Shown: piece after piece, positions 13,040 through 26,309 of the stretch
How positions within the stretch are numbered: position 1 is the first letter of the stretch
Layout of the letters: every line of letters starts with the position of its first letter
Assembly (NCBI GenBank): GCA_964016885.1
Contig: OZ024741.1
Span: forward strand, 394,816,001-394,880,000
Length of the DNA: 64,000 nt
Origin: Eledone cirrhosa
Lineage: Eukaryota
Direction: 5' to 3'
Made by a program: the position numbers and the translations under genes
Notes under the pieces: generated by a model
What the model saw: only the letters and a program-made list of their open reading frames with translations
Told to the model about the DNA's origin: nothing
Databases searched by the model: none

Positions 13040-16000
13040 TTTTCCTAGAGACTAATATGCACATATACTTATCTCGCATCTTCACTTCCACCCGCCCCCA
13101 CACACCACCATAGACTCACTTACCATTCAAACCACAACATACCTTCATCCATCACCCGCAGCAACAAATGCTACTACTAGTTATCTTTCTTAACCATTCT
13201 CCTCTCAAGAAATCTTTGTCTATCGTTATCTATGGATGATCTGATGAACAACTTTGAATGAATATAAATCCACATATTTCCCGGTGACCATGCGAATCCT
13301 TAATTCAAATTTAGAAAACATACACCCACCCCCTCCTCCACAAAAACCCACCCTCCCCCACCATTGATGTCAAACTCACAAAATTCCGAATTGGCACCAT
13401 CAATGTGAGCACAATGAAAGGAAGAACAGAAGGAATTGTAGAGATGTTAAAGCAAAAGGAAATTGATGTATGTTGTGTGCAAGAGACTAGATAGAGAGGA
13501 GGGTCTGCTAGGCTCCTTGTTGGCAAAAAACAGTGCTACAAATTTTTCTGGGCAGGAATTGACATTAAGATGGGTGGTGTAGGTATACTATTAGCTGACA
13601 AATGGGTAGATAAGGTAATCTTGGTGAACAGGGTGAATACGAGAATCAGACTGGTCTTGAATAAAATAATTGCTACAATTATAGCTGCATACACACCCCA
13701 ATCTGGGTTGCAAGACAAACTTAAGGATAGGTTTTATGAGTCCCTAATGCACACTATAGCCCTAACAAACGACAATGACTTCCTACTCATTGCAGGGAAC
13801 TTTAACGAGCATATTGGGAAACACTGTGACGGCTTCTACAGAGTCCGTGGAGGCTACGGGTTTAGTGCAAGAAATGAAAATGGTTACAGACGTCTAAAAT
13901 TCAGTGACGCCTATGACCTGTTGATATGTTTTAACACAAACTCCAAAAAACCCAACAACCACCTGATCACCAATAGATCGGGGGAGCCTATTAGTCAGAT
14001 AGATTTTATCCTTACCAGAGGACGAGATAGATGGATGGTTGTAAACACGAAAGCCTTCACAGGCGAGGAATGTACCTCCCAACACAGCCTAGTAGTCAGC
14101 GACCTCACTGTCAGCGCCAGACAGAAGACAACCTGGAGAAGAAAGATCTGGAAGCTGAAAGATCCATCAGCCAATAACAGATTTAGAGATATTTTACTCG
14201 TCGCTTATGACAGTAAAGAGACATTCAATGTAGAAGAGCACTGGGAGTTCCTAAAAAATAACCTACTAGGTATGACAGACGAGATCTGTGGATGGAGCAA
14301 GATCACAGGCAGAAAGAGAGTGACTTGGCAGTGGAATAGTAAGGTAGATGAAGCAATTAAGGCCAAGAGACAGGCATGGAAAGAATGGAAGAACGGGGGA
14401 AGTAGGGTACATTACATAGAGACCAGGAGTGAAGCTAGACGACAAGTATACTTAGCAAGAAAGGAAAGTGGAGGATAAAAAAATTCAAGCATGTTTTGCA
14501 GCGCGAGAACCAGAAACAGAAGGTGTTCAGGATGATAAAGGTGTACTTACCCTCACAGGTGCTGAGAGGAAAGCTGCGTGGAAGAGCTATTTTGAAAGAT
14601 TACTGAATGAAGAGAATGCATGGGAGAAAGAGACCCTACCCCAAAGAGGCCCCAGCAGTATAAGTCAGCAGCAGTGTAGTTAGTAAGGATATGAAAGCTG
14701 GGAAAGAAGCCGGTCCATTAGGAATAGTTGCTGAGATGCTGAAAGGGCACACCATAACCACACATTGTTAACCAAGTAATATTAGGGTCATACCAAATGA
14801 TTAGCGCAGCAGCATAATTGCCCCTCTACTAGGGTAAGGGAGATGCACTAGATAGAGGAAACTATAGAGGTATAAAGCTGATGGACCAGGTCATGAAAGG
14901 AACGGAAAGAGTTATAGCACAGCTGATTAGGGACCAGGTAAAACTAGGTGAGATGCAGTTTGGGTTTGTGCCAGGCAAAAGCACCACTGATGTGCTCTTC
15001 CTTGTGAGGCAGTTACAGGAAAAGTACCTAGCTAAAAGTAAGCCGCTCTACCTGGCATTTGTTGATCTGGAGTAGATGAATGGCTTGTGAAAGCTGTACA
15101 AACCATGTATAGAGGAGCAGTCAACAAAGTTAAGATTAACAATGACTATAGTGAGGAATTTACGTACAAGTTGGCGTCCACCAGGGCTCTGTTCTTAGCC
15201 CTCTCCTGTTTATTATCATTTTGCAGGCTATAACGGAGGAGTTTAAGATCAGATGCCCATGGGAACTTCTGTATGCGGATGATCTTACACTCATAAATGA
15301 ATCTATAGGTGAATCTATGGTAGAACTAGAGAAGAAAAAGATGGAAGCAGGGCCTAGAAAGAAGGGGTCTTAAAGGCAACCTGACAAAGACTAAGGTCCT
15401 AGTAAGTAGAAGAGAAAACAGAACCCAGATCCCTTCGAGGAAATGGCCTTGTTCAGTATGTGGGAAAGGTGTAGGTAGAAACTCCCTTCTCTGCCCCATA
15501 TGCAAACTATGGATACACAAGAGATGTAGTGGGATCTCAGGAAGTTTAGCTAAGAATGTAGGCCTTGCATGTAGCAGTTGCACTGGAACAGTAAGCAGCA
15601 AACGACCGCAGGAAACAAGTACTACCAAATTCTGGGAAGGCTCTGTAGAAACAGTAGACAACTTCTGCTATTTTGGTGACCGAATTAGCAGCAGTGGCGG
15701 GTATACAGTAACCAGAGTAAGAACGGGATGGAAGAAGTTCAGGGAACTACTACCACTCCTGGCTACAAAAGGCTTCTCCTTTAGAATGAAAGGCAGACTG
15801 CATGTAGCATGGTAGTGAGAACTGGGAGCTGTGTGCAGAAGACTTGTGTAGATTGGAAAGAAATTAAGCTTGCATGTACTGATGGATGTGTAATAGTAAT
15901 ATACGAGAACACTGAAGCATAAATGAACTGAGAGAGAGACTAGGCATAAGAGGAATCAAATGCTGAGTGCAGGAGAGATTTCATTGGTAGGGACATGTGA

Positions 16001-16600
16001 TGCTTATGATGGATGACAGTTGCATAAAAAGGTACAGAGTGCTCAAAGTCGATGGAAGCCTTAGAGTGAGGAGATCCAGGAAGATTTGGGATGAGGTGAT
16101 AAAAGCCGACCTTGTCCAATTGCACCTCTCAAAGGTGATGACACATGACCAAGATCTCTGGCATTACACAGTAATACAGTAGACCAGACTTCCCAAGAGC
16201 ACAAACCGAAGCATATATACAGTATGCCCCAACCCACCCTCCCATAAACCACCATGAGGACAGGCCAAAGTAAATACATCCACTAAAGCCCCCAACCCAC
16301 ACTGTAAAGTAGCTGTGATGGGGACATGGCAAAAAGTGTCCAGTCCACACTGTAAAGGGCTCATGTAGGTGCCACAACAAAAAGCACCCTGCCCACACAG
16401 TAAAGTGGTTGTGTAGGCATCATGACAAAAAGCACCCAGTACTGACTATAAAGGAGGTTGAAGATAGGAAGGGCATCCAGCTGTAAAAATCAAGCCAGAA
16501 TCAGTCTTGTATGAGCAAGACATGGTCACCTGACCTAGCATTGCCAACAACAGGATAACCCTTCTAATCCTTGTTAGCATGGAAAAACGGAGGTGATGAT
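13040..16600 (+). mobile_element. RTE LINE, subfamily B, near full length with 5' UTR, heavily degraded
   Basis: RIGTINV/VQETR APE start near 13390, ORF 13570-14478, RT and PHD fragments, 3' UTR. Confidence 0.92.
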
Positions 16601-16620
16601 ATATGTATATACACACAAAT

Positions 16621-17085
16621 ATCATCATCACTGTTTTACGTCCATTCTTCCATACTAGCATGGGTTAGATGGTATGTCCTGTTGTGGGCAGTGTCCGGTT
16701 GGCTGATCTTGTCTTGCTCATACTGGAACTGATTCTGGCTTGATTTCTACAGCTGGATGCCCTTCCTAACACCAACCTCATTTACAGTGAGTGCTGGGTG
16801 CCTTTTTTGCCGTGGCACCTCCACGACCACTTTACAGTGGGCTGGGTGCTTTTTTGCTGTGGCACCTCCACAGAGTGTGTGTGGAGGGGGTGTCTATTAT
16901 GCTTCGGCTTGTACCCGTGGGAAGTCGGGTCTTCTGTATTACTTCGCGATGCCAGAGGTCATGTCATTGCCTTTGAGAGGTGCAATTGGGTAAGGTTGGC
17001 TTTTATCACCTCATCCCAGTCTTCTTGGGTCTCCCCACTCCACGGCTTTCATCGACGTCTAGTGCTCAGTCCCTTTTTATGCAGC
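16621..17085 (-). mobile_element. RTE subfamily B 3' fragment
   Basis: Reverse complement of the 3' ORF end and UTR at 17225-17697. Confidence 0.9.
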
Positions 17086-17940
17086 TGATGGATGTGTAAT
17101 AGTAATATCTGAGAACGGCAAAGCATAAACAAATTGAGAGAGAGACTAGGCATAAGAGGAATAAAATGCTGTATGCAGGAGAGGAGGTTGTGTTGGTATG
17201 GACATGTGATGCGTATGAAGAATGACAGCTGCATAAAAAGGTGCAGGGCACTAAAAGTCGATGGAAGCCGCGGAGTGGGGAGACCCAGGAAGACCTGGGA
17301 TGAGGTGATAAAAGCCGACCTTACCCAATTGCACCTCTCAAGGGCGATGACACACGACCGTGACCTCTGGCGTCACGCAGTAATACAGAAGACCCGACTT
17401 CCCACAGATACAAGCTGAAGCTGAAGCATATAGACAATATGCCTCCACCCCCTCCCACTACAAAAAAGCACCCAGCCCACACTGTAAAGTGGACATGTAG
17501 GCGCCACGGAAAAAAAGCACCCAGCACTCACTGTAAATGAGGTTGGTGTTAGGAAGGGCATCCAGCTGTAGAAATCAAGCCAGATTCAGTTCCCATATGA
17601 GCAAGCCGAGGTCAGCCGACTGGACACTGCCCATAACAAGACAACCCGTCTCACCCATACTAGCATGGAAGAACAGACGTAAAATGATGATGATGAAGAT
17701 ATGTGTGTGTGTGTGTATTATGTGGGTACCACAAACCATCCAGTCCACTCTGTAAAGTGGTTGTATAGATGTCACAAAAAAAAAGCACCCAGCCCACACT
17801 GTAAAGTGGTCATGTAAAACACACGGCAAAAAGCACCCTGCACGTACTGTAAATGTAGTTGGCGCTAGAAAGTGCATCCAGCCGTAGAAAACCAGCCAGA
17901 AACAGTCCTATAAGAGCGGGACACGGTCACCCGACCCAAT
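17084..17940 (+). mobile_element. RTE subfamily B 3' fragment plus a second 3' UTR fragment
   Basis: ORF 17134-17418 (RLCWYGHVMR..GRPRKTW). GAT tail at ~17695. Further UTR units at 17725-17940. Confidence 0.9.
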
Positions 17941-17944
17941 TTGC

Positions 17945-19420
17945 TATGACACCATCCAGTATTACTTGGTTTACAATATGTGGTTAAGGTGTGACCTACC
18001 GATCCAGATGCTTTCAGCATCTCAACAACTATTCCCAATGGACTAGTTGCTATTGACTTGTACTTGGAGTAGGGTCTCCTTCTCCCATGCATTCTCCTCA
18101 TTCAGTAATCTATCATAATAGGTCTTCTATGTAGCCTTCTTTTTGGCACTTGTGAGTGCAAGTGCACCATTACAATCACACACTCCTCACCAATGACATC
18201 GCAATTTTCTCTAACACACTGCCTTGCAATCCTGAACATCTCATGTTTCTGGTCTTCACGCTGCAAAACATGCTTAAATCTTTTATCCTCTGCATCCCTC
18301 CTTTCTAAGTATACTTGTCCCCTAGTTTCCCTCCTGGTCTCTATGTAGTGTACACTGCTTCCCCTATTCTATTTTTTCCATGCCAGTCTCTTGTCCCTGT
18401 CACATCTACCTTATTGTTCCAACACTAAGCGATGCTCCTTCTCTCTCTAGCCCTGCTGCATCCATAGATCTCCTCTGTCACCTTCAGTAGATTATCTTTC
18501 AGGAACTCCCAATGTCTCTATCTGTTCTTTACTGTCATAGGCGTCAAGCAAAATATCTCTAAATCAGTTACTGGCTGACGGATCTTTCAACTTCCAAATC
18601 TTCTCCTCCAGGTAGCCTTCTGTTTCCAAGTTTGTCTAGCTCTGACAATGAGGTCACTATTAGGTTATGTTAGGAGGTGCATTCCTCACCAGGGAAAGCT
18701 TTCGTGTTTACACCTGTCCCTCTAGTAAGGATAAAATCTATTTGACTAGCATGCTCCCCAGATTATATGTGATCAGGTGATTGTCGGGTGTTTTGAAGTT
18801 TGTGCTACATATAGATAGGTCATTGGCATCGCAGAATTCTAAGAGCCTGAAACCTTCTTCATTTCTTGTGCTAAACCTGTAGCTTCCATGGAGTCTGTGA
18901 AAGTCATTGTCATTTGTTAGAGTAGTAGTGTGCATTAGAAACTCGTAAAACCTATCTGGCAACCCAGATTGGGGTGCGTATGCAAATATAATTGTAGCTA
19001 TTGTTTTATTCAGGACTAGTCTAATAAAATACCTACTCTACCCACCCCGTTGTCATTTCCCACCCAGAAAAATTTGTTGGGGTGGGTGTATGCTTTCTGT
19101 ATCTAAATTAAGATTTGCATGTTCACCTGGGAACGTGTGGGTTCATTATTATATTAAAGGTTGTTCCATCATTTCAGTTCATCCATAGTTAACAATAAAC
19201 AATAATTCTCCAAGAAGGATAGGAAAGATAACAGCAGTAGTAGCACCAGTTACTGCCGCGGGTAATGGGTGAAGTTATATTTTTGTGTTGCTGTGGTTTA
19301 AGGTGGTGTGGGAGGGGGAATTTAAATTGTAAGGTAGATGATTGAGTTGAGTGACTATCATATGAAGGATATATATACATGAATCTGTAACTAGAGTATG
19401 ATGGATATACCTGGATTTGC
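17945..19420 (-). mobile_element. RTE subfamily B 5' half, degraded
   Basis: APE fragments (RNEEGFRLLEFCDAN). 5' UTR similar to 13040-13350. Confidence 0.85.
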
Positions 19421-19629
19421 GTGGAAGAAAATGTTTAAAAATCAAAAGCTATGGATGGGAGTGAAAAATGATTTAGAGGTCGGTGTTACATATGTCTATA
19501 ATGAATAATCCAAGAAGAATGAAGTGAGCTAAAATCTAAGGAGGTAAACAGGGGAAGAATGAGAGAGAGAGAGAGCAGCATAGTAGGCAGAAGACAATGT
19601 ACACACACACATATATACATACATATATT

Positions 19630-19858
19630 TTTGGGTAAATGTATTCAATATTCGGAGAGTGGTATTGGCCCCATGCAAAGTTGTTCCTCACATAAAAAAG
19701 CTTTAAGCACAGGTATCCCTTGATATGTGATATTTTGGGGGGAGATGCATGGCATTGCTGGCCATAGGCAAGTCCCTAGCAGGAGTAAAAAGCTACATCA
19801 TGATGCTTATACTTAAGTATCAAGCAATGGCATTACTTGAAATCGAGTTGCAGCCATT
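19630..19858. repeat. Unclassified dispersed repeat (second copy at 57678-57885)
   Basis: Shared ttgctggccataggcaa..gtatcaagc.atggcattact.gaaa..gagttgcagccat. Confidence 0.75.
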
Positions 19859-19914
19859 ATATATGTATATATATATCCTGGATTTTACCTGAATATTCCA
19901 ACACACACACATGG

Positions 19915-21593
19915 ACATTCTTCTTGTGACGTTAAACTCTGCCAGATGCAGACTGCACATCAACATGAGATATTTTTCTCGACAAAGTTCGATCACCAGT
20001 AGCAGAGTTCAAAGAGCAAAGATCAAGTCCAGTCCATAAGTCGACATTATCAAGCCATCGTTTTGGTTGCTGTCCTCTGCTTCTTCCAGGCATAAGCTAC
20101 TCAAACCGCGAGTTGATCTTTTTATATGACCGTATAGTTTGAGTACTCTTGACTTGACAATTAATGTAATTGGTCTAAGTTTGGTAATGTTGAGCAGCTC
20201 ACTGAGCCACTTGCCAGATATAAGTCTCATGCTGTGGTTCTAGAATGTAGAGAGCTTCTGAAGTGACCTTGTTGTCCAATTAACACAATCAAGACCATAT
20301 AACACAACTGGTAGAATGTAAGTATCAAAGATCTTAGCCTTCAAAATGATAGGAAACTGGTTTTGATGTTAGTACTTCCTTGTTCTTAATGAAGGCTGCC
20401 CAACCCAGAGTGATGCGATACTGGACAGCAACGATTCCATTGTTGCTTGATGATAGTTTGTGACAGAGATATACAAACTCTGTAACTTGAGCAATTTGCT
20501 GGTTGTAGATTGTCAGTTGGAGATTGGCATTGTTTTTATCAGTTGTCATACATTTTGTTTTGGAGATGTTGATGTGTAAGCCAGCCTCCAGCGAATGTTT
20601 GGCCAGTATATACAGAAAGTCTTGCAGATCAGTTCTAGAGTAACTCATGATGGTCAGATCATCTGCAAAGCTAAGATTTTATACAATTTTACCTCCTATT
20701 TGATAACCAGAGGAGCATTCTTCTTCAGTTTGGTAGATAAGTGCAGCTATAACTATACAGAAAAGAAGTGCTGGGACATTAAAGATTCAAACTATATTAT
20801 CCTTACTTCCAAAGATGATACCCTTGAACACTGGGCTAAATTCTATGAAGAAATGTACTTCAGCAACTCAGAACCAACAACCATTCATGATTCGACATCA
20901 GATGCCATTCCATCCATCTTAGCTAGCGAGATATCTCATGCCATCAAAAATTTAAAGTGAGGAAAAAGCCCTGGACTAGACAACATATACTCAGAATTCA
21001 TCAAAGCTGGAGGTGAACCAATTATCAAAGCACTTCAACATCTCTTTAACTGTATTATCACTACAGGAATAAGCACAGACATGTTCAAGAAAGTATTGAT
21101 AGTTGAATTCTACAAAAAAGGTAGCAGACATGATTGTGGGAACTATCATCCTATCGAGTCATGTTTCCGAGCTTTTCATGAGTATCATTGCAGCATGAGT
21201 CAAGTCAGACCTTTACGTCTCATTTCCTGAAACACAAGCTGTGTATCAACCTGGAAGAGGCACCATTGAGTAGATCCTAGCTATTGAACAAATCATTGAG
21301 AAATCAATAGAATTCAACAACACTGTGCACATCATTTTCATTGACTTCACAACAGCTTTTGACAATGTGAAACTACCCAGCTTGTGGCAACTTTTAAATA
21401 AGGCCTTAATTAACAAATAATACACCAACCTACTGAAAGAAACTTACACCAACTCAACAGCATATATCAAAACAGATTTGGGACCTACACAGTGTATAAA
21501 CATCTTGAAGGGAGTTAAGCAGGGGGATGTACTATCAGCACTTCTTTTCTCTATAGTTATAGCTGCACTTATCTACCAAACTGAAGAAGAATG
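19915..21593 (-). mobile_element. RTE LINE (third family) with inverted 5' segment
   Basis: Minus 20773-19915: LSFADDL, INISKTKCM, LYGHIKR. Plus 20775-21593: GKSPGLD, FIDFTTAFD, GVKQGDVLS. Confidence 0.88.
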
Positions 21594-21986
21594 AACACAT
21601 GGACCCATAAATAAACATCCACCCTCACACGCACATAAATAATATATTTCTGCTACTGACCAAACACACCCATAACACTTATGTGGATACAACATACACA
21701 CAATCTTACGACACACACGTGGAAATACACACACGCTAAATTACACACTGACATATGTAAAAACAATAGAAACATCACATACACATGGATGGACACACAG
21801 ACATACCCAAACATAAACACACACACAGAGTGGCCGACTGGGTCTAAAAATATAATGCTATCATATAGAATGCTATCATTTAATTTTTATAATGAATAAA
21901 TAACATTTTCAAAAAATACGTAAGTGAAACAAAACAGTGCAATCAAATGTTTGCTGGAAAAAATGTGTATTTTTTTTTACTAATGA

Positions 21987-22907
21987 TCATCATCATCATC
22001 AACGTTTAACGTCCGTGTTCCACGCTTGCATGGGTTTGGACGGGGGTTTTCCCACTTGAGGCAAGAGTGATTGTCTTGCTCGCATAGGACTGTCTGGTGG
22101 GTTTTCTACAGCTGGATGCCCTTCCTAACACCAACCACATTTACAGTGTGGGTCTGGGAGGTTTTTACCGTGTTGTCTACACGGCCACATTACAGCGTGG
22201 ACTGTCTGGCGGGTTTTCTACAGCTGGATGCCCTTCCTAACACCAACCACATTTACAGTGTGGGGCTGGGAGGTTTTTACCGTGTTGCCTACACGGCCAC
22301 ATTACAGCGTGGACTGTGTGTTTTTTTTTTGTCGTGACACCTACACAATCTCATTTGTTTCGGCCTGGATGGTGTGGCACCAACATAACTTTACATAGAA
22401 GGGGGCGGTGTGGATGGGATGGGGTGGGGGTGGTGGGACGGGGGTGTATTTTGTTAGAGATGCCTACTGACTGTAGTAGGTTTTACTATGTATTTAGGTA
22501 AGGCGGGTCTTCTCTATTACTGAGTACCGCCAAAGGTCTCGGTCCAGTGACATTGTCTTGGAGAGGTGTAAGTGTGTGAGGTCGGAATTTATCAGCTCGT
22601 CCCAGGTTTTTCTGGGTCTGCCTATTCCGTGGCTACCGTCTATCTTTATTGCCCTGCACTTTGTTATACAGCTATCGTCTTTCATGCGCATCACGTGTCC
22701 ATACCAACGTAGCCTTCTCTCGAGTAAACAACATCTGATCCCTCTTATTTCTAATTTTTTACTTAGTTCGTTTATGCTTTGCCGTTCGCGTATATTACTA
22801 TTACACATCTAACGGAGCATGCAAGCTTCGTTCCTCTCTAGTCTGCGTATATCCTCTGCACACAATGCCCAGGTCTCACTGCCATGCAACATTGCTGTTC
22901 GTATGCA
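21987..22907 (-). mobile_element. RTE subfamily A 3' fragment with a 112-bp UTR duplication
   Basis: ORF 22494-22808, 3' UTR, (CAT)n on the + strand. Confidence 0.93.
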
Positions 22908-25587
22908 AAAGCCTTCCCTAGTGAGGAATGTACATCCCAACATAGCTTAGTTGTCAGCGACCTCACGGTCAGAACTAGACGAGCCCTGAAACAGAGGCCA
23001 ACCTGGAGAAGAAAGATCTGGAAGCTGAAAGTCCCCTCAACCAGTAACAGATTTAAAGATATTTTACTCAACGCCTACGACAGTAAAGAAGAACAGATAG
23101 AGACATTTAACGTAGAAGAGAACTGGGAGTTCCTAAAAAATAACTTACTAGAGGCGACGGATGAGGTTTGTGGCTGGAGTAAGACCTCAAGCAGGAGGAG
23201 AGTGACTTGGTGGTGGAACAATAAGGTAGATGAAGCAGTCAAGGCCAAGAGACAGGCATGGAAAGAATGGAAGAACGGGGGGAGCAGGGTACATTACATA
23301 GAGACCAAGAGGGAAGCTAGGCGACAAGTATACTTAGCTAGGAGGGAAGCAGAGGATAGAAAATTCAAGCATGTTTTACAACGTGAGGACCAGAAACAGG
23401 AGGTATTCAAGATTGCGAGGCAGTGTGTCAGAGATAGTTGTGATGTCATTGGAGAGAAGTGTATCCGGAATGATAAAGGTGAGCTTGCCCTCACAAGTGC
23501 TGAGAAGAAAGATGCATGGAAGAGTCATTATGATAGATTACTAAATGAGGAGAATGCATGGGAAGAAGAGACCCTACCCCACGTAGACCCTATAGAGGGA
23601 CCAGCAGTACAAGTCAGCGGCAGCGTAGTAAGTAAGGCAATCAGAGATATGAAGATAGGGAAGGCAACCGGTCCATCGGGTATAGCTGCCGAGATGCTGA
23701 AGGCATCTGGGTCTGTAGGTCACACTATAACCACACGTATCGTTAACCAGGTAATACTAGAGGGGGCCATACCAAAAGATTGGTGCAGTAGCATCATTGT
23801 CAACTGCTACAAAGGTAAAGGCGATGCACTAGATAGAGGAAACTATAGAGGTATAAAGTTGATGGACCAGGTCATGAAAGTAACAGAAAGAGTTATAGCA
23901 CAGCTGATTAGGGACCGGGTGAATATAGACGAGATGCAATTTGGGTTTGTTCCAGGGAAAGGCACCACTGATGCGCTCTTCCTTGTGAGGCAATTACAGG
24001 AAAAGTACCTAGCTAAAAGTAAGCCACTCTACTTGGCATTTGTCGACCTTGAGAAAGCCTTTGACAGAGTTCCACGTGCAGTAATCTGGTGGGCTCTTAG
24101 AAAACTAGGAGTAGATGAATGGCTTGTGAAAGCGGTACAAGCCATGTATAGGGGAGCAGTCAGCAAAGTTAGGATTGGCAATGAGTATAGCGAGGAATTT
24201 AGCGTACAGGTTGGGGTCCACCAGGGCTCTGTTCTTAGCCCTCTCCTGTTCATCATAGTCCTGCAGGCAATAACGGAGGAGTTTAAGACCGGATGCCCAT
24301 GGGAACTCCTGTATGCTGATGACCTCGCACTCATAGCTGAATCTATGGTAGAACTAGAGAATAAATTCCAAACCTGGAAGCAGGGACTAGAGAGAAAGGG
24401 CCTCAAAGTCAACATGACAAAGACTAAGGTCCTTATAAGTAGACGAGAAAACAGAACCCAGATCCCCTCAGGGAAATGGCCTTGCTCAGTATGTAGGAAA
24501 GGTGTAGGTAGGAACTCCATTCTTTGCCCCAAATGCAAACAATGGGTGCACAAGAGATGTAGCGGGATCTCAGGAAGCTTAATTAAGAATGTAGGATTCA
24601 CATGCAGCAGCTGTGCTGAAACAGCAAGCAAACAGCCACAGGAAACAAGTACCACCAATCTCTGGGAGGGCCCTGTAGAAACAGTAGACAGCTTCTGCTA
24701 CCTAGGTGACCGAATTAGCAACGGAGGTGGGTGCTCAGAAAGTACAATAACTAGGGTAAGAACGGGATGGAAGAAGTTTAGGGAACTACTACCACTGCTA
24801 GCTGCAAAAGGCTTCTCCCTCAGAATGAAAGGCAGACTGTATGATGCGTGTATCCGAACAGCGATGTTGCATGGTAGTGAGACCTGGGCGCTGAAGGTGG
24901 AAGACTTACGTAGATTAGAGAGAAACGAAGCCTGCATGCTCCGATGGATGTGTAACAGTAATATACGTGAACGACAAAGCATAAATGAATTGAGAGAGAG
25001 ACTGAGCATAAGAGGAATCAAATGCTGCGTGCAGGAGAGGCGGTTACGCTGGTATGGACATGTGATGCGTATGAAGGATGACAGCTGCATAAAAAGGTGC
25101 AGAGCACTAGAAGTTGATGGAAACCGCGGAGTGGGGAGACCCAAGATGACTTGGGATGAGGTGATAAAAGCCGACCTTACCCAACTACACCTCTCAAAGT
25201 CAATGACACACGACCGTGACTTCTGGCGTCACGCAGTAATACAGGGTACCCGACCTCCCATGGGTACATGCTGAAGCATATAAACAATATGCCCCCCCCC
25301 CCCCCCCCCCCCACCGCAAGGTGGTCGTGGAGGTGCCACGGCAAAAAAGCACCCAGCCCACACTGTAAAGTGGACGTGTAGGCGCCACGAAAAAGCACCC
25401 AGCACTCACTGTAAATGAGGTTGGTGTTAGGAAGGGCATCCAGCTGTAGAAATCAAGCCAGATCAGTTCCTGTATGAGCAAGGCATGGTCAGCCGACCAG
25501 ACACTGCCCACAACAGGACAACCCGTCTAACCCATGCTAGCGTGGAAGAACGGACGTAAAACGGTGATGATGATGATGATGATGATG
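22908..25587 (+). mobile_element. RTE subfamily B, 5'-truncated, uninterrupted RT-PHD reading frame
   Basis: 796-aa ORF 22884-25274 whose first few residues come from the junction. Intact GVHQGS and YADD, PHD finger, (GAT)n tail. Confidence 0.96.
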
Positions 25588-26309
25588 CAGGCATCATGTA
25601 GTGTATATATACTGTACATGTTACTGGCAGTATACAGTAATACTAAATGTTAATACAGAATGTTATAATTGAATTTTTAAATAATTGTGAATGTATAGTA
25701 TACTGTTATTTAGAGTAGAGTATACAAGTAACCATTCTTACCTTCTCCAATATAAAGTACCTTGTGAAATATACACATCCAGAGTCTTTCAATAATCACC
25801 TTTGGTCTTTCACACTCACTCAATATATATATCTGGGAGTGTGTGTATGTATGTGTGTACATGTACATGTGTATATAGAGATTTATATATATGTATACAT
25901 ACATGTTTTCAGCTTGTACAAAAATTATTTGGCAACTCATTTTTCCCTAGGGACGTTAGACTGAAGAACTGACCACTAATTGATTTTACATATGTCTTTA
26001 ACCCATTGATATCAAAAATTATTTGGCCAGCAGCTCGTATGTATGTATAAGTGATCAGAGCAAACATCACGGACGCTCTATCTCAAAATTATTTTTGAAA
26101 AGCATTTAGAAATGCGCAACCGGTAAACCTTAAAACCAAAACTGAATACTAACCAATACAATTACTAATTCTCATTTATTCCTAATTAAACTATTTTTCA
26201 CTGTGAACAATTTATCAGCATTTTCTATTCCGTTTACCAATATATATATATATATATATATACACTTATACATACATACGAGCTGCTGGCCAAATATATA
26301 TATATATGA

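Noticed and set aside
24029-25144. Recurring antisense ORFs inside RTE copies
   Set aside because: They are shadows of the RT frame, with variable starts and stops and no recognisable domain.
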